Source: an uncultured Bacteroidota bacterium
GTDB taxonomy: Bacteria; Bacteroidota; Bacteroidia; AKYH767-A; OLB10
Direction: 5' to 3'
Assembly: GCA_903847585.1 (NCBI GenBank)
Contig: CAINEC010000193.1
Location: 52,507-116,506 of the forward strand
Length of the DNA: 64,000 nucleotides
A model generated the notes under the pieces. The model worked only from the letters and a program-made list of their open reading frames with translations. It searched no databases and was not told where the DNA came from. Position numbers and translations under genes: made by a program. This document shows, piece after piece, positions 9,110-19,295 of the stretch (its first letter is position 1; every line of letters starts with the position of its first letter).

Positions 9110-10873
9110 TTACTTACGCTTTATATATAACTCGATCTTATGACGTCGTTTGACGTATAGAATACACTCCTTCCCTGCCATTTTAAGCTCATTTTCTCGC
9201 TTTTTAGCTAATTTGAGATTATTAAACACTTCCACTTTCTTATACACTTTCAAATCGATGTTCATCTTAGGATATTTGACTACTGCACTTGTCGTATCTT
9301 TATCCTTGACTGGCTTTTTAACTTCAACAACAACAGGAACAACATCTTCTTCATTTGGAACATTTACAGGATTTGACTCAATCATTCCAAATCGATAGAG
9401 GTTACCATCTCTACAAGCAATATAAATACTCCCATTAAAGCAAACGGGAGTAGACTCAAAATAACCTTTTCGAGTAGCTATCTTTTGAAAACTAGCATTA
9501 GAACCTATTTTATAGATATTAATTGAACCGTATCCAGCCATTACTAATCTATTTTTTGCAAATACAGGAGTTGAAATAGAAGTGCAGACCTTTTCTCTAT
9601 AATGTAATTTCGGACAAGGGTATTTCGTTTCACCATCAGGACCTAATACAAGAGAATCCGATAATTCCTTATAACGAATAACATTAAGATAACCATCAAT
9701 TCCAGTGAATGCTGCAAGGAAAGGATCATTATTATTTCGATAACGATCGTTCACCGCACATGACCCAACAACACCACCAATCCAACTCGAATATTTCTTG
9801 TCTTCAGTAGGATAAAACCATTGTACACATTGATTTGGAGGCAGATTTGGATTCAACTTAAACACTCCACCATGACCTTTGATATATTGCTTTTCAACAG
9901 CAATTAATAAGCAATTATCATCTGTTACGACAGGAGTCCCATCCATATCAGAGCCGATATAAAAATCCCAATCAATAATTTTCTTTTTCAGATTATAACC
10001 AAATACATGTCCGCAACCCGAAGCAATATATAAGTGATCACCAAGTTTGGCAGGTGAAGCCTCGGTTACAAGATTACCACCATGCTGATGTGCATCTTCT
10101 TTCGAATACAGAAGCGTTTTATTATAAACTAACGGCGAGCAATATCCTTTATTTGATTTTACATTTTTTAAGGGATCGAAAGAAACCCAGTATCCATTTT
10201 CTAAACCAATATATCCAGTATCATTCACAAACAAGGCTGATGCATCCACATCATTGCTGTAACACTTCGTTCTTTGCATTGGCATTCTCCAAACTTCTTT
10301 TCCATTAGCACAGTGTAGCGCTCTAAAACTAGTAGCAGCAGAATCTTTTAATGAAACATGAACACCTTTACGACTACCTTGAAAAATATAAAATGGGTTA
10401 CCTTCTGAATGATTATTATTTCTCCAAATTGTACCAGTGCCTTTTAAAATATCTTCGTACTCATATTGCCATACAAGAGAAGCATCTGATAGTTTAATTT
10501 TCTTTAATGTATGATCAAAACTAGCTTGATAAATAAAATATTCACCTTGTTCTTTTGTAATGAGCGGTTGACCTGTCCACCCTGCTCCACTCCATACTTC
10601 TACTCCTGACTGAGCATTTACTATTGTTTCGCCTTTACCAAGTTTATATTTCCAAATTACATTAAGCGAATCAGAGCAAGAATCCCCATAAAATTTTCTC
10701 GTTTCATCACCTAAAAAAGTTCCAATAACAACTTGATAGGGGTCTTCTTTTTTCTTACTTGTAGCAGAATTATTATTCTTTATTTCGGATTGACTACATC
10801 CAAAGATTAGAATTAAACAACCCCAAACAATAATTTTAAAAAAGCTGCGTCTCATTTGATTAATGCGTTGCAA
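9110..10873 (-). CDS. Hypothetical lipoprotein, possibly a beta-propeller.
   Basis: Lipobox IFGCSQ; repeated Gly/Trp/Tyr-rich blades with a PQQ/BamB-like feel; a Lys-rich C-terminal tail; no specific family recognised. Confidence 0.35.
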   Translation of the reverse strand: MQRINQMRRSFFKIIVWGCLILIFGCSQSEIKNNNSATSKKKEDPYQVVIGTFLGDETRKFYGDSCSDSLNVIWKYKLGKGETIVNAQSGVEVWSGAGWTGQPLITKEQGEYFIYQASFDHTLKKIKLSDASLVWQYEYEDILKGTGTIWRNNNHSEGNPFYIFQGSRKGVHVSLKDSAATSFRALHCANGKEVWRMPMQRTKCYSNDVDASALFVNDTGYIGLENGYWVSFDPLKNVKSNKGYCSPLVYNKTLLYSKEDAHQHGGNLVTEASPAKLGDHLYIASGCGHVFGYNLKKKIIDWDFYIGSDMDGTPVVTDDNCLLIAVEKQYIKGHGGVFKLNPNLPPNQCVQWFYPTEDKKYSSWIGGVVGSCAVNDRYRNNNDPFLAAFTGIDGYLNVIRYKELSDSLVLGPDGETKYPCPKLHYREKVCTSISTPVFAKNRLVMAGYGSINIYKIGSNASFQKIATRKGYFESTPVCFNGSIYIACRDGNLYRFGMIESNPVNVPNEEDVVPVVVEVKKPVKDKDTTSAVVKYPKMNIDLKVYKKVEVFNNLKLAKKRENELKMAGKECILYVKRRHKIELYIKRK

Positions 10874-10922
10874 ATGTATTAATTCAATTTGAATTCGATT
10901 TAATTATAATTTTACCAAAGTC

Positions 10923-11909
10923 ATGAAAAACACAAAACGAGTTACCATCTTAATAACACTTATTTATTTCACGATTAGCTTAACGAGTTCTTTGTATGGT
11001 CAAATTGCAATTACGACAAATCAACTTTTTCAATCTAACAATAAAGTTTTAGTGGCAGCTCACAGAGGTAACTGGAAGGATTTTCCAGAGAATAGTATTC
11101 CCGCAGTACAATCCTGCATAGGTACGGGCATTGACATTATTGAAATAGATGTTCAACGCACGAAAGATGGAGCCTATGTTTTAATGCATGATGGAAGTAT
11201 AGACCGAACAACAAATGGCAAAGGGAAAGTAAGTGATTATACATTAAAACAACTTCAGCGATTTAAACTCAGAGGAAAGGGCGATACCATAACGGAATAT
11301 CGAATTCCGACACTAGACACGATTTGAAAAATCACAAAAGGTAAAATTATTCTCAATATTGATAAGAGCAGTGGTCGCTTCAACGAACTCACAAAACTGA
11401 TAGACTCACTTGAATGTAATCAGCATGTATTATTAAAAGGAAATGGCAAGGGAGAATACTTTAAAAGTTTAAATAATCAGGATACGAATAGCATTTACTA
11501 CATGCCTATTTTAAGCACTAAAAGCAATGTAGATTCTTTTATGCTTAGTTACCAAACACCATTATTTGAATTTCTATTAACTAATGACACCTCCATTTAT
11601 TCGAGTCTTGTGTTTCTAGATTCACTGAAAAAAATGAATGTAAAAATATGGTATAATGCTTTGTTTAATTCCATTTCTGGAGGTCATACAGAAAGTATAG
11701 ATGCAATTAATTCATGGGATTGGTTTATTGGTCATAATGCTTACGTAATACAAACAGATTATCCTTTTCACTTAGTAAAATATTTAAATCAATTAGGACT
11801 TCATGAGAGATTAACGAAAGAAGATCAATATGACTTAACCAAGTTGCCAGTTCGTGAAGCGATTGAAAAAAAAGAATTAATTGATTCCAGCGAAATAAAA
11901 AGTAAGTAA
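10923..11909 (+). pseudogene. Glycerophosphodiester phosphodiesterase (GDPD family) interrupted by one in-frame TGA at 11325..11327. The track splits it into 10923..11327 and 11502..11909.
   Basis: The N-terminal part carries the GDPD signature AAHRGNWKDFPENSIPAVQSCIGTGIDIIEIDVQRTKDGAYVLMHDGSIDRTTNGKG. The same frame continues stop-free after the TGA as KITKGKIILNIDKS... to the end of the domain. Confidence 0.6.
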
Positions 11910-11998
11910 ACGAATTAGTATCAGATTAAATAAAAACAAAATTGTTAAATTCTAAAATAAAATAACAAAGTGAATTTTGAATTTAAAAAAAGAAAATT

Positions 11999-13102
11999 CT
12001 AATTCGCTTTTTTCTTGAATCCGAGATGCGTATAAACTGCTCTTTCACCTCCATCACTTGGACGATTAATCACACCGAGTTGCTTTGAATACATTAAGCT
12101 ACTACCACCCTGATCGCAGGCCATTGCATTATACACACCAACCTTTTTAAATACTTCAACAGCTTGTGTCATTGTAACACCAATACTATATAACGGCTTT
12201 CGTCCATCAACCACCATCATAAAAATACGGTTACCATCTTTATTCAACCCAATTAGCGTACGAGGAAAAAAATGATCTGCTGTATAATCATGTTTTGATA
12301 TTGCACTTTCCCCATTCATCATCATATCAAACCTCCCCCAAATGGCATTGTGCATTTGTTCTGAGGGCTTCTTTACTACATCTTCTTCTTTTGAATAATA
12401 AACTTGATTGTTGCTATCAAAATAAATAAAAGGACGATACCTCGTATCCTCCAACATGATGGGGTTACCGTTAACAATAAAATTTCCAATCCAACTGCCA
12501 AGTGGTGCTTCACGCGCAGGCGCTGTTCCTGCCTCACCATTAACTGCTATATCCCAATTATTCTTTTTAGCCACTTTAGCTGTACGCAGTTTAACAGACA
12601 TCGCAGTATCTAATCCAACATTGTATTTGGTCAAATCAACTGTAGCAAGAAACACGACGTTAAGCGGTTCAGCCATGTTAATTTTAATGATCTCAAGTCC
12701 TTCTTCTGCTTGTAAAAAATCAACAGATTGAACTTTGCCAAAAGACAATTTCTTTAATTCTTCAAAATACTGTTCCAAATAAGATCTTTTATTACCACTA
12801 TCTTTTACAACTACAATTTGCTTTTTTGTTTTAGCATCTATTTCTATGTTATGTAGTTGATAATCGCCGATTGCTATTGCACCAATGATTAAAAAGAAGA
12901 TAGTAGAAGATGTATATGCATAAATTTTTACTGCTGGTTGAATAGAGGTTTTCTTGAAAGCACCTAAAATAAAAAAAGTAAAAAGCCAAAAAACGGAGGA
13001 GCAAAATATCCAAAGTAACCCTTGAAAGGCCAAGGGTAATTCAAAAACCCTAAGTAGAACCATCCACAAATCATCAATTAAAATATTTACAAAATCACCC
13101 AT
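11999..13102 (-). CDS. Phosphodiester glycosidase family protein (NAGPA/DUF2233-like) with N-terminal TM helices.
   Basis: FFPRTLIGLNKDGNRIFMMVVDGRKPLYSIGVTMTQAVEVFKKVGVYNAMACDQGGSSLMY matches the phosphodiester glycosidase core (RTAIG, VVDGR, LDGGGSS). Confidence 0.6.
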   Translation of the reverse strand: MGDFVNILIDDLWMVLLRVFELPLAFQGLLWIFCSSVFWLFTFFILGAFKKTSIQPAVKIYAYTSSTIFFLIIGAIAIGDYQLHNIEIDAKTKKQIVVVKDSGNKRSYLEQYFEELKKLSFGKVQSVDFLQAEEGLEIIKINMAEPLNVVFLATVDLTKYNVGLDTAMSVKLRTAKVAKKNNWDIAVNGEAGTAPAREAPLGSWIGNFIVNGNPIMLEDTRYRPFIYFDSNNQVYYSKEEDVVKKPSEQMHNAIWGRFDMMMNGESAISKHDYTADHFFPRTLIGLNKDGNRIFMMVVDGRKPLYSIGVTMTQAVEVFKKVGVYNAMACDQGGSSLMYSKQLGVINRPSDGGERAVYTHLGFKKKAN

Positions 13103-13270
13103 GCTAACAGTATGAAATCCGCTTTCTAACGAGCAAATATAGCAAGATTTAAAGCTTCATTTTTTTGCTAATACGATTTAACGTAGACTGATTTTCAAAC
13201 AATTACAACCATTAACAAACCCAAACAACATAAGATTAATCATACAATAGTCTTTTGTAATGATTAAATA

Positions 13271-15637
13271 ATGATATTTGCCCCACTTGAAACAACTGCA
13301 TTCATTTACCAACGAATGATTAAATCGAGTTACTTGAAGTTAACTTTTTTAGCTATTATCTTTTTTTTCACTCAAAAAGATAGTTATGGCCAACACTTCA
13401 CACCTATAGTGAATGCGCAGCGATTTGGAATTAAATTCAGTCATTTACCAGGCGAATTTGATTCGAGCATCAATTTAAAAATCACCCGTCCTGCAAATAT
13501 CAAATTAGCATTTAGAAACAGCGACAGTACTTCAATACCAATTAAGGGCGATACAATCACTATTAAAATAACAACAACCGCTTCCATTTACATGACAGTA
13601 AATATAGCAGGACAAGTGGTTGATTCAAGTTATACAGGAACTTATATAATTGGAAAAAAATCAGATTTGCCAGTTATCAATTTGCACTTAAAAAGAAAGT
13701 ACTTTGATGGTGATGAAGGTATCATCAATGGATATATGGATTATGAGAATCATAAGCGATTTGGGAAAGTGTGGAGCAAGTTTTCCATCCCTACTTACCT
13801 TGAATATTACGAGGATAAATCGTTTGTTTTTGGGGAGACTTATCGTGTAAAACCATTTGGTGGATGGACATTAGGAATGAGGGAAAAATCATTGAGAGTA
13901 TACTCAGAAAAAACAGAAGGCGCCTCAAAAATTAAAATTAGTCCTTTTGAAAATAAACCATACCTATCCTATAAAAGTATTGTTCTACGTACATCGGGAT
14001 CTGATCAAGGAACTACAAGACTAAAAGATATTTCTATTTGCTCGCTAGCAAGAGACCTTGGATTAGACTATCAGGATTACAGACAGGCAGTTCTTTTAAT
14101 CAATGGTGAATATTGGGGTATTTATGATATCCGTGAAAAAATAAATTATGAATATTTAAAATATAATCATGGTGCCAGCAAAGACAAAACTCAAACTGAA
14201 TTGTTGGAGCTTGACGGAATGCGTAATGCAGATTATAAGTCGATGACAGAATATATTGGCAAGGACTTTAAAAAAGAAGAAGCATTTGACTCAATCAATC
14301 AAAAAGTTGATATTGAAAATTATATTAAGTACATCATCTTACAAATACATATTCAAAATATCGATTCGAGAGGTAATGTAAGATTCTGGAAGAGCAAATC
14401 GTTGGATGATCGTTGGCGCTGGATTTTTTATGACTCTGATTTAGGTTGTGAAAACAGCAGCGTAAATATGAATTATCTTGGTAAGCGTTTGAGCCCTGTA
14501 CAAACGGATTGGTACAATCCAACATGGTCAACAGTGATTTTAAGGAACCTTGTTAAAAACGAAGAAATAAAAAATTATTTCATAAATCAGTATTGTCTAT
14601 TACTAGGAACAAAGCTTCATACCGACACCATAAAAAATCGTATTGAGTATTTTGCAAATAATATTCGTGACGAAATTCCTCAACACGTCAACAGAAGAAA
14701 TAGTATTTACGGCGAAACCGTAGAGAAATGGAATAACAGAATTGCCAACTTCAAAAAATACTTCGACTTAAGAAATCCAACAGCCTATTCACATCTTAAA
14801 GATTGCTTTGGATTAACACAAGATGCCGTTAGTTTAACCATCAAAACTAATTTACCACAGGTAAAATCATTGAACATTTATCGTTCAAGTTACAACTTCA
14901 GTTATATCAATGGAAATTTCTTTCCGGAGGTTCCTATTACCGTTAAAGCAAGCAATGTTGATCATCTATATTACTTCTCTCATTGGAAACAAAATTCAGA
15001 CACGAATAGTCTAACTACAATCTATCCCGGAAAAACAAAAGAACTGGAAGCAGTTTATATGCATAAACCGTATTCGGATTTGCACAAGAAAATTATTGTT
15101 GCCAAACTATTTTTCGAACAATCTAAGAAGGACACATTATTCACGATTGGATTGATGAATATTGGCAATGATTCTTTAGAGCAGATTAAAATTAATTACT
15201 CTTGCAATGGATATAATAACAATTATCAATTTACGATTAACAAGATAAGAGTTGGAGAAATAGTTTACTTTACTAATAAACCTAAGAAATCAAATAAGTT
15301 ATTAAGTGAGAGTAATTACAATCAAATTTCATTACCAGAAGGATTTGATTATCGAGGTGGCCGATTAGTTTTTGCTGATATGCACGGAGCTATTATCGAT
15401 ACGCTTTTCTTAAATGTGCCAGACACTGCTGCAAGATACAATCACCTAATAAAAGCTACGCGTAATATTCAGAATGGAAAATGGATGTTTGGCAATTATG
15501 AAATAAAATTTGTGATACCTGAAAAACCAATTAACTACAAATTATACGTTGCCATTAGCCTTGGAGCATTAATTATTTTAATTGCACCGATTGTTTATTT
15601 TAGAAGTAGAAGAAAAAAGGCAAAACAGCAAAGTTGA
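13271..15637 (+). CDS. CotH-like kinase-fold protein, secreted, with a C-terminal TM anchor and basic tail. The likely true start is the Met at 13316.
   Basis: VLRTSGSDQGTTRLKD, LINGEYWGIYDIREK and NIDSRGNVRFWKSK...WRWIFYDSDLG match the CotH Pfam core. The C-terminus is YVAISLGALIILIAPIVYF-RSRRKKAKQQS. Confidence 0.55.
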   Translation: MIFAPLETTAFIYQRMIKSSYLKLTFLAIIFFFTQKDSYGQHFTPIVNAQRFGIKFSHLPGEFDSSINLKITRPANIKLAFRNSDSTSIPIKGDTITIKITTTASIYMTVNIAGQVVDSSYTGTYIIGKKSDLPVINLHLKRKYFDGDEGIINGYMDYENHKRFGKVWSKFSIPTYLEYYEDKSFVFGETYRVKPFGGWTLGMREKSLRVYSEKTEGASKIKISPFENKPYLSYKSIVLRTSGSDQGTTRLKDISICSLARDLGLDYQDYRQAVLLINGEYWGIYDIREKINYEYLKYNHGASKDKTQTELLELDGMRNADYKSMTEYIGKDFKKEEAFDSINQKVDIENYIKYIILQIHIQNIDSRGNVRFWKSKSLDDRWRWIFYDSDLGCENSSVNMNYLGKRLSPVQTDWYNPTWSTVILRNLVKNEEIKNYFINQYCLLLGTKLHTDTIKNRIEYFANNIRDEIPQHVNRRNSIYGETVEKWNNRIANFKKYFDLRNPTAYSHLKDCFGLTQDAVSLTIKTNLPQVKSLNIYRSSYNFSYINGNFFPEVPITVKASNVDHLYYFSHWKQNSDTNSLTTIYPGKTKELEAVYMHKPYSDLHKKIIVAKLFFEQSKKDTLFTIGLMNIGNDSLEQIKINYSCNGYNNNYQFTINKIRVGEIVYFTNKPKKSNKLLSESNYNQISLPEGFDYRGGRLVFADMHGAIIDTLFLNVPDTAARYNHLIKATRNIQNGKWMFGNYEIKFVIPEKPINYKLYVAISLGALIILIAPIVYFRSRRKKAKQQS

Positions 15638-15646
15638 TTCTGAAGC

Positions 15647-16114
15647 TTAATACTTTTCGAGCCGATATTTTTCAATTACACCGATAATATGTTTTGACCA
15701 GACTTTTGCATTAGCTGCATACCCTGTATTAGAAATCGAAACCACCCATTTTTTATAGTCCTTATTCCCCTTTAAAGAAGGATAAAACTTTTTACGAGCT
15801 ACCAAATTACAAAAGTATACATAGGAGTCTGCAGGCTTTGCAAAGTACTTATACGACGATTTTACGGAGACCGTGTCACCACCAGCTACTCTGCCTTTTA
15901 AACCAAAATGATTATTCAACCTTCTTCCTACGACACTTGTCCCCCCACCCGACTCCTGATAAGCTACTGCTAAAATTACAGATGCAGGGATTTGATAAAC
16001 TGCAGCGAGACTATCTGCTAATGGTCTGTACTCATTAAAAAATTTATTCTGTGAATTTGCTCTTCCAGAAAAAAGAAAGAACACAAGAAACAAGGTCAAA
16101 TATTGCTTTTTCAT
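15647..16114 (-). CDS. Glucosaminidase-domain (mannosyl-glycoprotein endo-beta-N-acetylglucosaminidase-like) protein, secreted.
   Basis: ILAVAYQESGGGTSVVGRRLNNHFGLKG matches the glucosaminidase AxxESGWG...NNxFGIK motif; the start is taken at MKKQYL. Confidence 0.6.
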   Translation of the reverse strand: MKKQYLTLFLVFFLFSGRANSQNKFFNEYRPLADSLAAVYQIPASVILAVAYQESGGGTSVVGRRLNNHFGLKGRVAGGDTVSVKSSYKYFAKPADSYVYFCNLVARKKFYPSLKGNKDYKKWVVSISNTGYAANAKVWSKHIIGVIEKYRLEKY

Positions 16115-16140
16115 TGAATAAATATACAAAAAATCAGTTA

Positions 16141-17190
16141 CTAATTTAACAAATTAGCTAAAAATCGAATTCTCGAAAGCAAAGCAATTAGTAAAAGTGA
16201 TATTGCATAACAAACAACAATAGTTATAATTGTTCCTGCGATAGGATTTATAAATCCACCATTTATATTAAAAATTTGTAATGCATCCAACACAAATACA
16301 TGAATAAGGTAAACACCAAATCCGTATTTATTGCAATACTTTATTTTATCGAGATAAAAACCACGTGAGCTAAAACTATTCTTCACCAACATGAACAATG
16401 CAGCTGAGGCGATAACAATATTAATACTCAAATACTGATAATACTTTCCATTGAACATTCCATTAGCTATTGGATAATATAATGTTGCTAAAAAAGTAAA
16501 GGCAATTGATGCTGCAAATATGGCTAACAACAAATAGGAATTGAATTTAGATGACCGATGAGCAATATAATATCCAAGTATTAAATACCCCAGATATCCA
16601 GTAAAGATCGTTAGTGAAAAATCTTTGTGAAGATTTAAATCAAAAAAATTAATTGTCAATCCTAAGAACCATATAAGTAAAAAATATAAAACCGAATTAC
16701 TATCAGCATTCAACACCCATTTATTAAGTATTGGAATAGCGAGATATAAGCCAATGAGCATATAGATATACCACAGATGATAAGAAGCACCATCTACGAG
16801 CGATGATAAAAAGTAATTCAGGTAATTTGCGCATTGAATTTCTCCCGACTTACAAAAATGATAGATTGAATATGCAACTGTCCAAAACAAGAACGGAATT
16901 AAAATTCGAATAAATCTCTTTTTCAAAAAATCGGTTAACGTAATTGAGCGATTCAATAACAAGGCTCCACTTAACATCACAAAAAATGGAACCGCAAAAC
17001 GTGAAAGCGAGTCAATCAGATTATAGATATTCCAATCCGTATTAGAAATTTGTCCGTATTGATAGAGATAAGGCGCCACCACATGAATAGTGATTACTGC
17101 AATGGTTGCGAGCCACCTTACACTATCTAACCAATCTGTTGATTTATTTTCTTCTTGACTAACGGTACTCATTATTGCTGGGGAGTCCAC
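16141..17190 (-). CDS. Acyltransferase family 3 (OatA/WecH-like O-acyltransferase) integral membrane protein.
   Basis: About 10 TM helices; the N-terminal WLDSVRWLATIAVITIHV is typical of acyltransferase_3; it overlaps CapA by 19 nt. Confidence 0.65.
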   Translation of the reverse strand: MDSPAIMSTVSQEENKSTDWLDSVRWLATIAVITIHVVAPYLYQYGQISNTDWNIYNLIDSLSRFAVPFFVMLSGALLLNRSITLTDFLKKRFIRILIPFLFWTVAYSIYHFCKSGEIQCANYLNYFLSSLVDGASYHLWYIYMLIGLYLAIPILNKWVLNADSNSVLYFLLIWFLGLTINFFDLNLHKDFSLTIFTGYLGYLILGYYIAHRSSKFNSYLLLAIFAASIAFTFLATLYYPIANGMFNGKYYQYLSINIVIASAALFMLVKNSFSSRGFYLDKIKYCNKYGFGVYLIHVFVLDALQIFNINGGFINPIAGTIITIVVCYAISLLLIALLSRIRFLANLLN

Positions 17191-18380
17191 TCATTAATTT
17201 GTGTGACAATATTTTTTACATCCTCAAAAAACACTGCAGCCTTTGTGCTATCATCCGACGGAAGCATCCCTAATTTCTGCTTGGTAATTGGGTAATATCC
17301 TTTAATCAGATTGTTGGCTTCATTATACGACTCAAGCTTCCATACCCAGAATGGTAAATAATCTACCGCTGCAATTGAGTACTTATTATTTTTACGTGAA
17401 ACGGTCAAGCGAACCATTATACCACCATCTCTGTTTCGGTCGCGTTGATTAGAAATATAATTACCCAAGCTATAAGCAACAGGAATCGAATCTTGCTGAT
17501 GCTTCTTAAAATTAGTTTTAATGTACTTTACAGGCTCAACAACATGCGGATGCATTCCAATGATAGCATTTACTCCAGCATTGCTTAATATTTCTGCAGT
17601 AAGCTGTTGCTCTTTGTTTTCTTTGGTCTGATATTCAACACCCCAGTGCATTACTGGAATAATTAAATTAGCCCCCATTGATTGTGCCTTTTTAACATCT
17701 CTGATCATAGCAGCACTATCAATCATATTCACGATGTTCGGATTTTTTACAATAAGTCCATTAGTACCATAAGTATAATTCAATATTGCAATTTTACATC
17801 CTGCAATATTTACTACAGGAGGATAAGAATTATTAAAGATGGTAGTGTCTGAAAATGTTCCTGTGTGTGGGATATTTAAGCTATCTAACACTTTAATTGT
17901 TCTTTCTAACCCTTTGCTTCCTCTATCTTGCGAGTGATTATTTGCGGTAACCAGGAAATCAAATCCAGCATTCTTTATTGCTACAGCATATTCATCAGGA
18001 GAAGAAAACTGCGGATATCCGGTGTATGGCTCACCGCCTAATGTAACTTCGAGATTTGCACAAGCCCAATCACATTTATTGATGTATGGTGCAATAAACT
18101 GGAACCAATGATCATAATGATATGCCTTTAATGAATCGTCATAAGCTGCAGAAATCATTGGTTGGTGTCCCATCATATCTCCACCAAATAACAATGTAAA
18201 TGTAGTATCTGGTAATCCTGTTTTTTTAGGGACTTCTACTATTTTCTTTTTATCTACCTGTGCAAATCCTAAAAACAGCGATAAGGAAACAGCAGAAAAA
18301 ATTAATACGAGAATAATGGGTGATTTATATTTCATAATAAACTTAACAACTAATGAATTAAAGAAATTATTGTCTGACAT
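17172..18380 (-). CDS. CapA/PGA_cap family metallophosphatase-fold protein (poly-gamma-glutamate capsule CapA homolog).
   Basis: GDMMGHQP, NLEVTLGG, TANNHSQDRGSKGLERT and HWGVEY motifs; an N-terminal signal anchor. Confidence 0.7.
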   Translation of the reverse strand: MSDNNFFNSLVVKFIMKYKSPIILVLIFSAVSLSLFLGFAQVDKKKIVEVPKKTGLPDTTFTLLFGGDMMGHQPMISAAYDDSLKAYHYDHWFQFIAPYINKCDWACANLEVTLGGEPYTGYPQFSSPDEYAVAIKNAGFDFLVTANNHSQDRGSKGLERTIKVLDSLNIPHTGTFSDTTIFNNSYPPVVNIAGCKIAILNYTYGTNGLIVKNPNIVNMIDSAAMIRDVKKAQSMGANLIIPVMHWGVEYQTKENKEQQLTAEILSNAGVNAIIGMHPHVVEPVKYIKTNFKKHQQDSIPVAYSLGNYISNQRDRNRDGGIMVRLTVSRKNNKYSIAAVDYLPFWVWKLESYNEANNLIKGYYPITKQKLGMLPSDDSTKAAVFFEDVKNIVTQINEWTPQQ

Positions 18381-18392
18381 TAATAAATTAAA

Positions 18393-18779
18393 TTAAGATT
18401 CAACATAATAAACATCAGACTGATTACGAGTTATATTTTTGAATTCGAAGCAACCTTCACCGAGTGCAATTTCAATTAAATCAAATTGAATACAGCTTTT
18501 AGGCAAACCTTCAAATAACAACGTAAATTTATAAGGCTTCGCTGTATGTACTGGAGTCCAAGTAGGCGCAAGAGAAATATTTTCAAAATGCACAAGCTTA
18601 CTATGATGATTACTATGCTGATCAAATAAATAAGTAGAACCCCAGATACGAAGATTCACAGGCTCCGAAGACCATATAGAAACATGTACGACCACCTGCG
18701 ATTCTACCGCAACGGCATCAGCAGCTAACGTTGCTGTTTCAGTATCAAGCTCTATTGAATATTTAATTGAATCAGACAT
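18393..18779 (-). CDS. Hypothetical cytoplasmic protein.
   Basis: A 128-aa ORF tightly packed in a same-strand gene run; no recognisable motif. Confidence 0.35.
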   Translation of the reverse strand: MSDSIKYSIELDTETATLAADAVAVESQVVVHVSIWSSEPVNLRIWGSTYLFDQHSNHHSKLVHFENISLAPTWTPVHTAKPYKFTLLFEGLPKSCIQFDLIEIALGEGCFEFKNITRNQSDVYYVES

Positions 18780-18788
18780 ACCACTCTC

Positions 18789-19295
18789 CTACTTCAAAGG
18801 TATATAAATTTCTTCTCTAACAAGAGGATTATTACGGTCATAATTGATTGGCAACTTCATAAAATGCGGACGATTATCTAATTGCTCATTACTATTTACT
18901 AACCATTCAGAAAAGATATATTGAAAGGTTTTATTGATATCGGTTGCTAATCCTTCATGAACAAAAACAGCATAACGTCCGTCAGGTATAATTAACTTTT
19001 CAAAATCATAATCAGAAGTTGAATCTGACTTCACACCAGCGAATTTATCAAACAGCAGAGTAAGATTGTAACTTTCAAAATAATGTTCACTGTAAATATT
19101 TACATCGTAATAACATGAACCATCATACTCTTTTAACTGATGTTTACTTTTCATGAACTTTTGCCAAACTTCATTTGCTTTAAAATCAGCCATCGACATT
19201 TGCATACTAAATCCTACAACTGAAAATTCAGAAATCAAATCAAACCCTAAAAAAATATCACTTTTGATTGTCGTCATAATATGGTTTAATTGCAA
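18789..19295 (-). CDS. GyrI-like small-molecule-binding domain protein.
   Basis: Length and pattern (EVWQKF..., IPDGRYAVFVHEG, IFSEWL) fit the GyrI/AraC effector-binding fold. Confidence 0.45.
   Translation of the reverse strand: MQLNHIMTTIKSDIFLGFDLISEFSVVGFSMQMSMADFKANEVWQKFMKSKHQLKEYDGSCYYDVNIYSEHYFESYNLTLLFDKFAGVKSDSTSDYDFEKLIIPDGRYAVFVHEGLATDINKTFQYIFSEWLVNSNEQLDNRPHFMKLPINYDRNNPLVREEIYIPLK

Noticed and set aside
11325-11327. TGA as selenocysteine or a recoded sense codon
   Set aside because: There is no SECIS-like context, other genes in the window use TGA as their stop, and the position is not a redox-active site in GDPD.
11502-11909. 135-aa ORF treated as an independent gene
   Set aside because: It is the same frame as 10923..11327 and continues the GDPD domain; it is the 3' part of one nonsense-interrupted gene, not a separate gene.
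12404-12731. Two plus-strand ORFs (69 and 91 aa) inside the phosphodiester glycosidase gene
   Set aside because: They are antisense overlaps of a well-supported CDS, with no features.
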